A stretch of DNA of 55,956 nucleotides, counting the filler, from Platydemus manokwari (lineage: Eukaryota): the NCBI GenBank assembly GCA_037951405.1. It is 5 parts of 5 records of this genome, joined end to end, with 100 filler letters (N's around TTAATTAATTAA, not from the genome) between each part and the next. Parts side by side here need not be neighbours in the genome. Positions count along the whole stretch, not along the records: positions 1 to 10,768 come from JBBMOY011106998.1; 4 more parts are not named here. One strand, written 5' to 3'. The notes below the pieces were generated by a model. It saw nothing but the letters and a program-made list of their open reading frames with translations. It did no database searches and was not told the DNA's origin. Numbering within the stretch: the stretch's first letter is position 1; the number at the start of each line of letters is the position of its first letter. Made by a program: the position numbers and the translations under genes. Shown piece by piece: positions 1-10,868 of this stretch.

Positions 1-37
1 AGTTTTCGATATTATTTTGAATAAATATTTCAACAAT

Positions 38-589
38 TTAGAATATATTTATTGATTTTATATTTTCTTCCAGGATTGGTAAATCAAACCAACTTTGAGA
101 TAGGTAAATACTATTACAACTATTATTTCTTGCTCTTGTATGATAAGCAGGCATCATTGTCTGGTTTTTTTCTGTAACACAATCATCAAAAATTATTAAA
201 TTCTTTTTAATTTTATATAAATCCGATGGGTTTCTACTTTCATTGAATTTAGAAGTCATGATTATTGATATATTACTTTTTCTATAGAGGTGACAACATT
301 GTTGCTATATTTTACAAACATCTCTAATAGTTAAATATTTATTAAATATATCCTGGTCTTAAATTATATTTATTATACTTTCTTTTTATATTCCATTTTT
401 AAGTCCATGATATAAAATTTAATGTTCTTCTTGATAAATAGTTTTTGAAAATATTATTAAATTATCATTAGGAACATTTTAAAAAGTAATTGAGTAACCA
501 GAATCTCCAACAATTAACATTCTAAAATATGAAGGAATATTTATATGATTATTAAATATTATTTTATTTTTCAAACAATTAAAAGCCAT
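38..589 (-). pseudogene. A32/FtsK-like DNA packaging ATPase of Polinton/Maverick type, frameshifted
   Basis: Manual translation from ATG at 589 gives IPSYFRMLIVGDSGYS (decayed Walker A, ~487-540). ORF 38..259 gives NLIIFDDC (Walker B) and TRARNNSCNSIYLSQSWFDLP, matching the A32 motif (T)xGRHxxxSxIxLSQxxF. Stops and frameshifts lie between the blocks. Confidence 0.8.
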
Positions 590-629
590 TTTTAGATTTA
601 AAAGTAAGACAAATAATATTTGATTTATT

Positions 630-1040
630 TGAACGTTGTGAAAACTATTTGCAATCAAATTTATCTTGGAAGTTTCGGATGAAATCTTCCGATAAGTTTT
701 GAAGATATGAAATATCTTTAAAATCCTCTTTATCTTGAAATTCTCTAAAAAAGATGATCATAGTTTTTGACAACATGATATAGCTTCCCAATCCACTTTA
801 TCTTGAAATTTTCTAATAAAATCTTCGGAGAATGATTAATTTTCTGAATTAGCTTTGCAACTTTATCTTTAAATTATCTAATAAAAGATTCTGGTAAATT
901 TTAGATCTAAGTGAAATAAATTCCCAATCAACTTTGTCTTAAATATTTCAGATAAAAGATTCAGAACGATCTTTATGAAATACAATGATTTTCCAATCCA
1001 AATTTTGTCTGGATAATCCACAGCAAGTTTCCTAAATTCG
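630..1040 (-). pseudogene. Tryptophan-repeat protein (23-aa repeats, entomopoxvirus/phage type), decayed
   Basis: TTTATCTT/TTTGTCT recurs about every 69 nt (~660, 729, 797, 862, 933, 1004). The minus strand reads SEDFIRKFQDKVDWEAISCCQKL / REFQDKEDFKDISYLQNL / SEDFIRNFQDKFDCK. Confidence 0.75.
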
Positions 1041-1400
1041 TTAAGATAATAACTAAATGATAAAAGACTAAAAGTTATTAGGCATGAATAGTTTAATCAT
1101 CTCTAAAACTAATATTGAAAGATATTAGAATTTGCCTCGAACAAATCTCCAAGAACATATCGAAAATTTTGATGAAATTATTATTAATTATAATGAAACC
1201 GGAAAATTAGATATATGAAGTACAACCAATGAAATGTCAGTTAGTTTCCATAAGCTCAGCAGAATTCTTCCAAACAAAAGGAGAAATAATTAAGAACTCA
1301 ATACGGGTTTTAAAATCCACTCTGAAAGAAGGAACAATAACAAGAGCATTAGAACTGAAAACCCCCAATAACACTGGTTAGCTTAAACAAAAAAGAAGAA

Positions 1401-2152
1401 ATGAGATTTATCAGAAAAAAGGACGGTAGGATATGGCGAAAGCATCTACCACAAAAATTATCTAGGAATATTAGTACCAAATTACAAAAAGATCAGGCTA
1501 AGAAGGTAAAAGCACCGGGTATTCGAAACAATACCCATATCAGTAATAAAATGGATTATCTTTATCACATAATACAGATTCAGATCACAAATGTCCATTA
1601 TGACATGATTCTCAACGATTGTAGGCTCAACAGAAAAACATTGAGATATCAATTTTCAATATCAGTTAATAATCTGATGTTGGTGGCACCGATGTTGTTA
1701 CTAGAAAAAGGAATTTTTACCAAAATAATGGGGGAAGTCTTATACAGTTATAAATCCATTGAAATAACGGTCCCATTGAGAACACAGCTAGAATGTACCA
1801 ATGAACTACCTGTAGTCTATAATGGAGAAAATAGATATTTATAACCAATATCTCGGATACTAGTAAATAAAAATGTAAAAGTGAAAACGATGCAGTGCGA
1901 CATTTTGTTATCATTATTTTATAAATTTAATAGACCATGATAAAAGATGGCAAGCATGGAACCAACAAACAAGGCAGTCAATCTAAAATAGACAAAGCTG
2001 GAACAAGGTTTGATTTCAAGCCGTTAAGCGATATTACGAAAATAGGAATTTACATCCTAGAAGATGTAGAAGAGGGAAAAAGAAACTTCATGTTTTCATT
2101 AAGGCAAGAAAGAGTGGTTAGACAAATGATAGATTTAAACATGAATTGTTAA
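1401..2152 (+). pseudogene. Chuvirus-G / gB-like class III fusion glycoprotein fragment
   Basis: NKMDYLYHIIQIQITNVHYDMILNDCRLNRKTL...GIFTKIMGEVLYSYKSIEITVPLRTQLECTNELPVVYNGENRYL*PISRILV, then FDFKPLSDITKIGIYILEDVEEGKRNFMFSLRQERVV (ORF 1937..2152). Motif order and spacing match chuviral glycoproteins (GE..Y..KC..V.V..R....C..ELPV....+.FL.P.+RIL; GIY.....R..IMF). Confidence 0.7.
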
Positions 2153-2989
2153 TTTTTATATTTTTCTTGAAATGTTTTTCCCTAGAACTGTCATGAGTAG
2201 TAACCATCAGTGTTTGAGTACATACCTTACAAAATAAATTGTTTCAACCCCATCATGCCCTAGTAGAAACACTAAACCATTAAAAACAGTTTTTCACTTA
2301 AAGCAGCAATGAATGGTCTATGTATGAAATCAATAAAAGAATTAAAAATTGAGAAAAATAATCGCTTATAAAAATTTAGGTTGATTTGTAATATTATAAA
2401 ATCTGTATTATTGTTTTCGTTCTTAAATCACTTTTTACAATTTTTCATACTATTATGAAAAACGGTTGAGAATAGATTTCCACAAGCTCCACGTCGTTTC
2501 AATAATTTAAAGATATGTTTGGTTATTATTTTGTTAGATTCCGATAAAATATGGAGTTAAAATCTGAAACGGAATGTGGTCACATAAATAAATAACAAGA
2601 ATAATATTTTGAGTAATTTTATTATTTGATTTATATATACAAATTACGCAAAGGGAAACATGTCCATCTATCCGTTTACGGAGAAATTAAAATTAAATTC
2701 AAATAAAACACTCATTAACAATTAAAACTCATTATTTTTAATAATATTATACTTTTGATGCTTTAAATTGAAACATATTTTCAAATATTATTCCCAATTT
2801 AATTCTGAGAAAAGATTCGTGATTTCCTACCTTTTATCTATCAGAAGGGTTTATTTTCCATCAATTTCTATTTTATAGAAAATAAAGTTGTTGGAATTTG
2901 AAGCCCAATTATTTTTTCAACTGATAATTATTACGACTGAGCTACAGACCATGAGATTTATAACAATTTTTTTAAATTAAATCAAAAAC

Positions 2990-3790
2990 TTATTAATTAT
3001 AATAGGATTTTTACTAGCTTCTGCAGAAATAACGCCAATACTTTAATGAAACTTATTATTATTTTTATTTAAAACACATTGTAATAAATAATCATTCCGT
3101 CTTTAATTTCCAAAAACTGTAAAATATTTCGTTATCTTATTTCAGAGTGCTAATTAACCTTTCAGCAAAAAAGCTTTACTTTCATTTTCAGTATGATCCA
3201 AACTTACTTGTTATTTTAGTTTCTTTGTCAAATTAAATATATTTTTGAAATTCTCTGGTTTTTATCAAAAATAGTTTTAAATGTTTCCACTAAAGTTTCT
3301 TGTCTTTTATTCTTCGACTAATACAAAGGGTCGCCAAGCTTACTATGAAACACTCGAACATTATCACAAAATTAAGTGATACACATATTTATGATAATCG
3401 CGGTATTTTTAATGATGTTTCATCGCGTTTTTAGATAAAAAATATTTTGGTTAATTTGAGTTTTTTGTAAACCTATCGTAGTTTTGGCCCTCCAAATTTT
3501 AAAAAATCAGCAATGTGGCCCTTTGCTGAAAAAGTTTGGAGACCCCTGAACTAATACACCAACCATATCTTGTTTAGTAAATAAATAATAACCAAAGAAA
3601 GTTTGAAATCATCAGTAGACTCTTTTCGAATAACAAGTGAATCGTACGCAATACTTTATCTGATATCGTAGGTCTCTTAAAATATGGAAACATATCTTTT
3701 CAATTTCATATAAGACTTAATGTTGATTGTGTTGGATTACAATATCCATATAACTTTATTTATCAAATAAGTTCGAAAATTTTACAGTCA
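2990..3790 (-). pseudogene. Polinton/Maverick-type retroviral-like integrase, heavily decayed, interrupted by a hAT MITE
   Basis: Ordered minus-strand blocks: LYGYCNP; TDDFKLSLVIIYLLN/RYGWCIS; [MITE]; KNKRQETLVETFKTIFDKNQR; HTENESKA; AERLISTLK; ITKYFT; FH*SIGVISAEASK. These follow the Polinton integrase pattern (KYAW..PLK.K; KA..ERFNRTLK..KYFT; H.SI...P.E). Confidence 0.7.
3324..3548. mobile_element. hAT (Charlie-like) MITE, copy 1, left end partly deleted
   Basis: Right TIR TTTGGAGACCCCTG. Body nearly identical to 4268-4544. Near-perfect 8-bp TSD GACTAATA (3316-3323) / AACTAATA (3549-3556). Confidence 0.8.
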
Positions 3791-4267
3791 ATAACTTCAC
3801 TTGTAACAAATAAATACAGGTTAGAATTTAATTTAAAATGCGACATAACTCTATACAAAGAACCTTATATATAGGATTTTTATTTAAAAAAATTAATTTA
3901 TTGAAAAATATATATAAAAGAAAACTATTAGCTGAGAAACTATGAATAATGTTTGTTTCCTCTTTACATACATAACGTCCTTCAGTTATAATTTTATAAA
4001 TAATTTCATAAATCCTCATTCGATTCGATAGCAATTTAATATTTTCATAGTAATATTAACTTGTTTATGAAAATTAATTTTGTTTAATTAAATAAATAAA
4101 AAAAATTGAGATTGTTGTATTTAATTTATTTTGCTATTTAATGTGAAACAATTACTTTGGGGTATTTTGGATTTTCCAAGACTTTTATTTAACAATTAAC
4201 ATTTCTATTTTTGAAAAAATTAATATTTTTATGATTGAATTTTGAATTATATTTTGATAATTTAGAT

Positions 4268-4544
4268 CAGGGGTCTCCAAAGTGCTACCCGCCAAGCTTA
4301 CTATGAAACACACGAACATTATGACAAAATTAAGTGATACACATATTTATGATAATCGCGGTGTTAAATTTTAAAACATTTATTATTCGATGTAAGATAT
4401 TAAAACTTTTTGAAAATAACAGGATAATTAAAAAAAAATATTTTGGCTAATTTGAGTTTTTTGTAAACCTATTATAGTTTCGGCTCTCCAAATTTTAAAA
4501 AATCAGCAATGTGGCCCTTTGCTGAAAAAGTTTGGAGACCCCTG
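4268..4544. mobile_element. hAT (Charlie-like) MITE, copy 2
   Basis: Perfect 14-bp TIRs CAGGGGTCTCCAAA / TTTGGAGACCCCTG. The flanks ATTTAGAT / GTATAAAG are not a clean TSD. Confidence 0.85.
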
Positions 4545-4639
4545 GTATAAAGTACTGTGCAGGGTGAAATTTGTGTCTAGGCATATGGAATTTTAATGTC
4601 TATTATAAATGTATGTTTTTCATATTGTATCGGATAATT

Positions 4640-5990
4640 AAGTAGAATCGAATCTTAGTATGTCATCTCAACCGGAGCCGAATCAACGTCAGTGTCAGTG
4701 CTGAGAAATTGGAGATATGCGCCTGTGATGTTTAGGATGAATACATGTCTTTTGCTGCTTTTCCTGAAATGGTTAGGCAGTGAACGAATACATGGGCTCA
4801 GTGCTACATCCGAGGCAAGGAGGGATTCGTTGAGCTTAATAAAATATGAGAAGTATTTGACTGCAAGTAAATTGTTACGAGCCTAGTTAATGAAAATCCA
4901 GATTTCAGGAGCTACGTGACAACTATTAAAAAGTTTTTGTAAACTGGTGGAAAAGAAAAAGTTGACCGTGTTTTTTTAAGTAATTTCCGTTGATTAAAGA
5001 AAGACATTTAGACTAAGTCATGTAGAATATCGGAGAGTTTATTCCTATTCTCGATTGAAAAGAAGTATGTTAGATCATTATTTAGAATCATTTTAATGCA
5101 GGTTTCAGAATTGTGTTGGAAGAATTGTATATCCATTTTATGTTTGCAGAATTTTCTTATTGAGAATCAGGTTTTAATCTACCAAGTAGAGGATAGGTGT
5201 TGAAAGAGTGAGATGTTATCACTAATTCAGGAGAGTGCGGTTTGTACGTCAAATGTGTAGGCGGAGTAAAGGTGTTTCCCAACAATGTATAACATGTATG
5301 ACATTATGAATTCATGGAACGTAAGTTTAAGAGTGCTCAAGAATTGAAATGAGGAAATATCGCATTGAATACAGTATTCAGATAAAGCTGGGGTGAGTCC
5401 AAGATCACCGACTTTGCAGAAAAAAAAGAACGGGATATTCGAGGATTCTTTTCTCAAACCCCTGAGTTTAGGAGTCTCTATCGTGATAAATCAAAGTTGA
5501 GTGGTTTCTATTTGTTGGATCTGGAAGTGGAATGTAATTCAAGAATGAAAAAGAGTATTATATGCTGGAATTTCGAGGGTGGATGGACACGAAATTTGGC
5601 AATTATCTCAAGGTCAACCAAGATATTTTGAAGAATGTGGGTCATAGAGGTACGTTTAGGAAGGCCAAAAGGTATTCTGAGATTTGTATAAAGGTTTTCA
5701 CTATCGACTATGGGAATAAACTCTTTTTCGAGGTTGAGATCGATTCTATTAAGGGGATTGTTGTTGAAATATCCACATTTTTGGGTATTGAATTTAAGAA
5801 AGATTTTGGAAGCTATGTGACAAATATGATTTAATCTAAGTTCGAAGTTTTTACCGTAGTTTTCAACTCTAACTATGTCATCAGCGTATGCGAATTTAGA
5901 TTGGAGTAGAGAGGGTTTTCGAGGATGGTAGATTATTTCAGTAAAAAATCTAAAGAAAGGCAAAAGAGGATCATGGAGAGAGGGTTCATA
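4640..5990 (-). mobile_element. R2/NeSL-type (RLE) non-LTR retrotransposon fragment, RT C-terminal half
   Basis: AYADDIV, KFNTQKC, IPIVDSENLY..L.IPFG and downstream WIFIN*ARNNLL. Same family as 33130-33520. Confidence 0.8.
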
Positions 5991-7152
5991 CTTACTGCAG
6001 CATAAACAATTTATTTATTTATTTCAGTTTCCGGAAAAAGCTGGCTACTGTTATTCTGAAATTTAAAATACTATAGTTTGCACTAAATAATTCACCATAA
6101 AAATTATCTAATCGAAACCATTCAAAAGTCAACATTGAGATTTTTCAGCGGGAATATAAATATGTAAATGAATCAGCATATTTTTTGAAAGTAACCAGTG
6201 AGCCATATTGATTCTATTGAAAGTGCTGATTAACAAAGTCTGATAAATCAAACTAATTCAATCTAGAAACACTTTAACAATTCTATCGGTTCTTCATCAA
6301 CAATAAAACCTGTAGTTATTGATCGAAACTCATTAACAATTCTGATTATCGCAGAAATTTGCTTTGTCACCAAAGAATTACCGAATCCAAAATCCTCATC
6401 GATTTATTTTTACTTAATCAATTAAAACAATGTGTTTTTCATAAAATTTATTCACTACAAACATTTTATTTTGTGTAATAAAAGATGAAGAAAATAATAG
6501 AGATTTCAATATAATGAACATTAATAATAATAATAAACAGAAATAATAATAATTAAATAGACAATAAAAAGAAAAGTAACAATCGATAATATGTCAAATT
6601 CGACTGAGAATTAGCTGTTTAATCTGGTTAACACCCACGCTACATCAGCAAAATACTGATAAATATTAAAACGAAAATTTAGAAGAAAAACCCATAAAAA
6701 CTGAAAAATACATGGTTATAGATTCAGTACAAGAATTGATTGAATAAATGGAATATGGATATCATTGAGAGAAATCTATTGGGAACAAATTCACTTTCTC
6801 AATTCATACATTAGACTGAGAGGGAAGAAAAACTTTTATCAGAATCAGAATTTTCACACAGTGATAATTGATTTTATTGATTAAAAACTTAGAATAATTC
6901 ATTCAAATTAATAGCAGGTTAATTCCATTGAATAATCCAGCTACAGATTTGTCCTCCGACTCTACAGAGATTCAGCAGATTGACGAACTTGAACAATTTT
7001 GAGCCATTATTTTGTTGTCTCTGTGTTACCATTATTTCACTTTTTGCAAATAAATTTATTCATTTTATCCACCTGAAGTTTTGATCTGGTTTATCTACGT
7101 TAAATTGAAATTTCTCTCATGTTTAGATAATTATGAATATCGTTGTTGGAGT

Positions 7153-7764
7153 TGTGAGCCACCACTATTTAAAAGAACGCATCGAAAACGAACTGTAAAA
7201 GACTCGACATTCAATTCTATTCAAAGACAATTATTTACACAAAATAAATAAAATTTAATATCAAATAAAATTTAATATCAGATTAAATTCAAAATAATTT
7301 CATATTCAATTAGATATTCTCACAACCCCATTTTTAAAATCTTTGATTTTCATTGTATTCTCGATTGACTTTGTATCTAATACTCGTAATATTCATCTAC
7401 GTAAAGCTCTCTTATTATTCTATCTTTTATGGCTTCTCGATATCTTCTCTATATCTAATCTACATCTTTTTATATTATTTACATATTCTCTTTATAGTAT
7501 CACACCTTTCTACTTCTTTTCCTGAATTTACTATCATCAATCTTCTCAGAATCGAATCTAGATGGGTGGTCGCCATGTAAGCCGCCACTATTTAAAAGAA
7601 CGCATTGAAAACGAACTGTAAAAGACTCGACATTCAATTCTATTCAAAGACAATTATTTACACTAAATAAATAAAATTTAATATCAAATAAAATTTAATA
7701 TCAGATTAAATTCAATATAAATTCAAATTCGATATAAATTCAAATTCAATTTGATATTCTCACA
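7153..7764 (-). mobile_element. TRIM (terminal-repeat retrotransposon in miniature), copy 1
   Basis: Direct repeats 7153-7324 and 7576-7764 with TG..CA ends. On the minus strand, PBS TGGCGACCAC follows the 5' LTR and PPT AAAAATGGGGT precedes the 3' LTR. ~250-bp non-coding interior. No clear TSD. Confidence 0.85.
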
Positions 7765-7789
7765 ATGATGAAATCAATATGATGATACA

Positions 7790-9415
7790 ATTAATTGTTT
7801 TTCTCGTGAAAAACCTAGCAATTCTGTATGGGATTATAATAATGGGTATTGCAAAACTGACATTGATAAATTAGAGTTAGGGCCTATTCATCTGAATGAA
7901 GTTCTCTCTATTTTAAAATCAGTAGGTAATACCTCACTTGGAAGTGACAAAATTAAATATCGTGGTTTTTCACTTTTAGACTCTGAAAGTATTTTAATTC
8001 ATCTTTTTAATAAAGTCATTTCAAATTGTAAATTTCCAAACGATTGGTATAGATGGCGATTATAAAAATATCTATAACTGGAGACCAATAGCTTTCTTAT
8101 CAACTTTATATAATATTTTTGCGTCAATTATGACTAGAAGGTTAGCGTATTGGATCAGAGATAATAACTTGCTCAACAGGGGTCAAAAGGCGGCTTTAAA
8201 TATGAAGGTTGTATTAAACACAAGGATATTCTAAATGCTTTTGAACATTCGAAATATGCTCGACATTTTTCCATTTTTTGCATGGCTTGATATTGAAAAC
8301 GCTTTTCACAGTGTCCCACATAAACATCTATCGGACCTGCTTTGTTTTATAGGCGTAAATAGGTCTTTTGTGAATATCTTTGAATTGTTCTATACTGATA
8401 TAAGCTCAGTTTATATCTGTGAACCTATTACTACACCGGACTTGCCTATTCAAAGAGGAGTCAAGCAGGGCTGTCAATTTATCAATTTATCAATCTTTCC
8501 AAAACTATGCCTCTAAAAATACATGGTGGTTACGCGTTATCAAAGCAATGAAATATTTACAAAATACTCATAAAATCTTCTTGATTTTTGAACTTCTTAA
8601 ATATGGAACATGCTTGAGGATGACATCTAAATTTTGTAGCACTTACAACTTTGGTTCTCGTAATCGTAAACGTCTATCTCTTGTTTTGCACCAAGTGATT
8701 CAGGAATCTTAATCGTTAAGATGGTTTGATAGTAAACGCAGTTACTTTATTGCAGATACAATTAGACTATCTCTACATATTAATAAGATGATTTTTCGTA
8801 GTGACCCGAAATCCTTTGCATTTAAATTTATTCACTAAGCTAGAACGAATACACTACCCATTAATGACTCACTGTGGAACACAAATTAAAAAAGTCAAAA
8901 ATGCAGACGTTGACACAATTTAAAAAAAACCTTGTCACATGCTATACAATGTTGTAACCTGAAAAAATTACAGGCTGCCAGCCTTGATCCATGTCTAAAC
9001 AAAATTGTTGAGTGTCTCTACTTAGAGGAAATCATTGTAGTAGTCAACCAAATGTGTTCCCTGTTTAACCAGATGACAAAGAGCGTAACGATTCGATGAT
9101 ATCCCATGTCGAGAGGAAAAATATTTTGTGGTAGATATGAAATGCCCAATTGATACGTTGAAAAACTACAAGGAAGAGAACAAAAATAATATAACTCACT
9201 ATATCGATTTTAGAAATGAGCTAGTCAAATAGAAATCAGACTTTAAAATTGACCAATTAACCTGCATTATAGGCTCTCTTGATACAGTTTTGGCCACAAT
9301 TGAAGCAATTCTAGCAAAAACTAAAGTGGCAAAAACAAAAATCGAAAACCTGGTCAAAGAATGCTCAATAAGAAATATTGAACACTCAGCAAAATCTGGC
9401 ATTTCCAATTGACCG
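7790..9415 (+). mobile_element. R2/NeSL-type (RLE) non-LTR retrotransposon, decayed RT + CCHC knuckle + restriction-like endonuclease
   Basis: GPIHLNEVLSILKSVGNTSLGSDKI; NWRPIA; WLDIENAFHSVPH; RGVKQG; KCRR..TLSHAIQCC (~8900-8960); VVDMKCP; IIGSL...CSIRNIEHSAKIW (~9260-9400). Confidence 0.8.
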
Positions 9416-10088
9416 ATGTTCTGATAGATTTCATCAAGTTGTTGAGTGAAACGAAATTCTGCATAAACTAAAACGAAAATTACACCTTAGGACCCTTGTT
9501 TTCACACTTTGAACATTTGCATACCTACACAGCCATACAAGTATAGCAATTAGCCAATCACATTAAAGCTAAATGGTGAATTACAATTGGAAAAGACGCA
9601 TAGCTACACAAAGCACATATATAGGATTGACCAATCCCGCTCATGTAAAAACTTTAAAACCCAATAAGAACACAGAAAACAAATATCATATCAAATTGTT
9701 AGAAAACTTGACACAAAAATACGCACAGATCGCGAATCTTAAAATCGATGTAAAAATGAACAACTACCAGTTGAAAGCCAAGTTTAGGTTAAGACTTTGT
9801 GGTTCGTGTATTGATAAATACATCTTTGAATTGGAGTCAGTTGTTTATTATTAATAAATATCCAACATAATCTATAAAATATTCAAGCTGTTCCAATCCG
9901 AAAAGAACCGAGATGTCTGAAAGAAGAAAGCAACATTGTAACAAGTAGTTTCTAGACCCAAGCAGATCAAAATTTCTCCTAAAAATATGTACCAAACTTG
10001 TATTTTAATAAATTTTATGACAACAATTTAACTATTAAATTATATTAATTCATTTAACATTAATATGGTTCCTCAATTATATCAACCG

Positions 10089-10768
10089 TTACTGAAATTG
10101 AGAGTCCAATTGTAATAGTGATATCTCCAATGAGTTTTGTTGGTTTATACTTAAATTTTCTGGTTCACACTTTGTCCATAAACAATAAACGATCTCTGTT
10201 ACCATTGATTTACCACATATTCTTTCTATCATGTTCAACAAGAATATTCCATCATTGTTCATAAATTGTTTCTCGAAATTTGCAAACTTCATTTTGTTCT
10301 TGTCTTCAGTGAGATTTATTAATTGTAGATGTTTGTTTATTTTCGTTTGTTGTTTGTATGAGATATTGTTCCATATGCATCCCAATAAACTGATCACGTT
10401 CACACAAATTAGACCAACAAAAAATATCCACAGAATCCCGAAAATGTACTTGTAAATCATATTCCATGACAACAGACAAATGGCATTGTATGAGTGATTT
10501 TGTCCAAGAACATTCGTCCAGTGACACACTGTACGAGATGGAAAAATATCCGATGTTTCATTGAACACATCCATGATTGTTGTGAAATTCAATCGAAAAC
10601 TCACTGACATGATGAATAATTGTAGTCCTATCGCTGCGATATAAATGATTTTTACAAGAAAATAATTTCCCAGAATTCTCGATCCCATTCGTTTAGACAA
10701 GAAAAAGATTCTAAATGTTTTATGAAGAATTGCTCGATATCGTGAATAAATACCGAAATTGATATCTC
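10089..10768 (-). CDS. Innexin, C-terminal half (TM3, second extracellular loop, TM4, tail); 5' part lost in the gap
   Basis: The frame stays open up to the gap (DINFGIYSRYRAILHKTFRIFFLSKRMG...). Innexin motifs: YFLVKIIY..LQL, FPSRTVC, ICLLSWNMIYKYIFGILWIFF, F...FMNNDGIFLL..I...CG......VYCLW. Confidence 0.85.
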
Positions 10769-10868
10769 NNNNNNNNNNNNNNNNNNNNNNNNNNNNNNNN
10801 NNNNNNNNNNNNTTAATTAATTAANNNNNNNNNNNNNNNNNNNNNNNNNNNNNNNNNNNNNNNNNNNN
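10769..10868. other. Assembly linker N44-TTAATTAATTAA-N44
   Basis: Identical 100-bp spacer with stops in all six frames, seen four times. Confidence 0.97.

Noticed and set aside
660-1010. CRISPR-like regular repeats
   Set aside because: The period is 69 nt and whole units are homologous and codon-phased, so this is a protein repeat in a eukaryotic context.
2885-2950. tRNA-like A/B boxes on the minus strand (TAGCTCAGTCG...GCTTCAAATTCC)
   Set aside because: No cloverleaf could be folded, and the region is co-linear with the expected integrase C-terminus.
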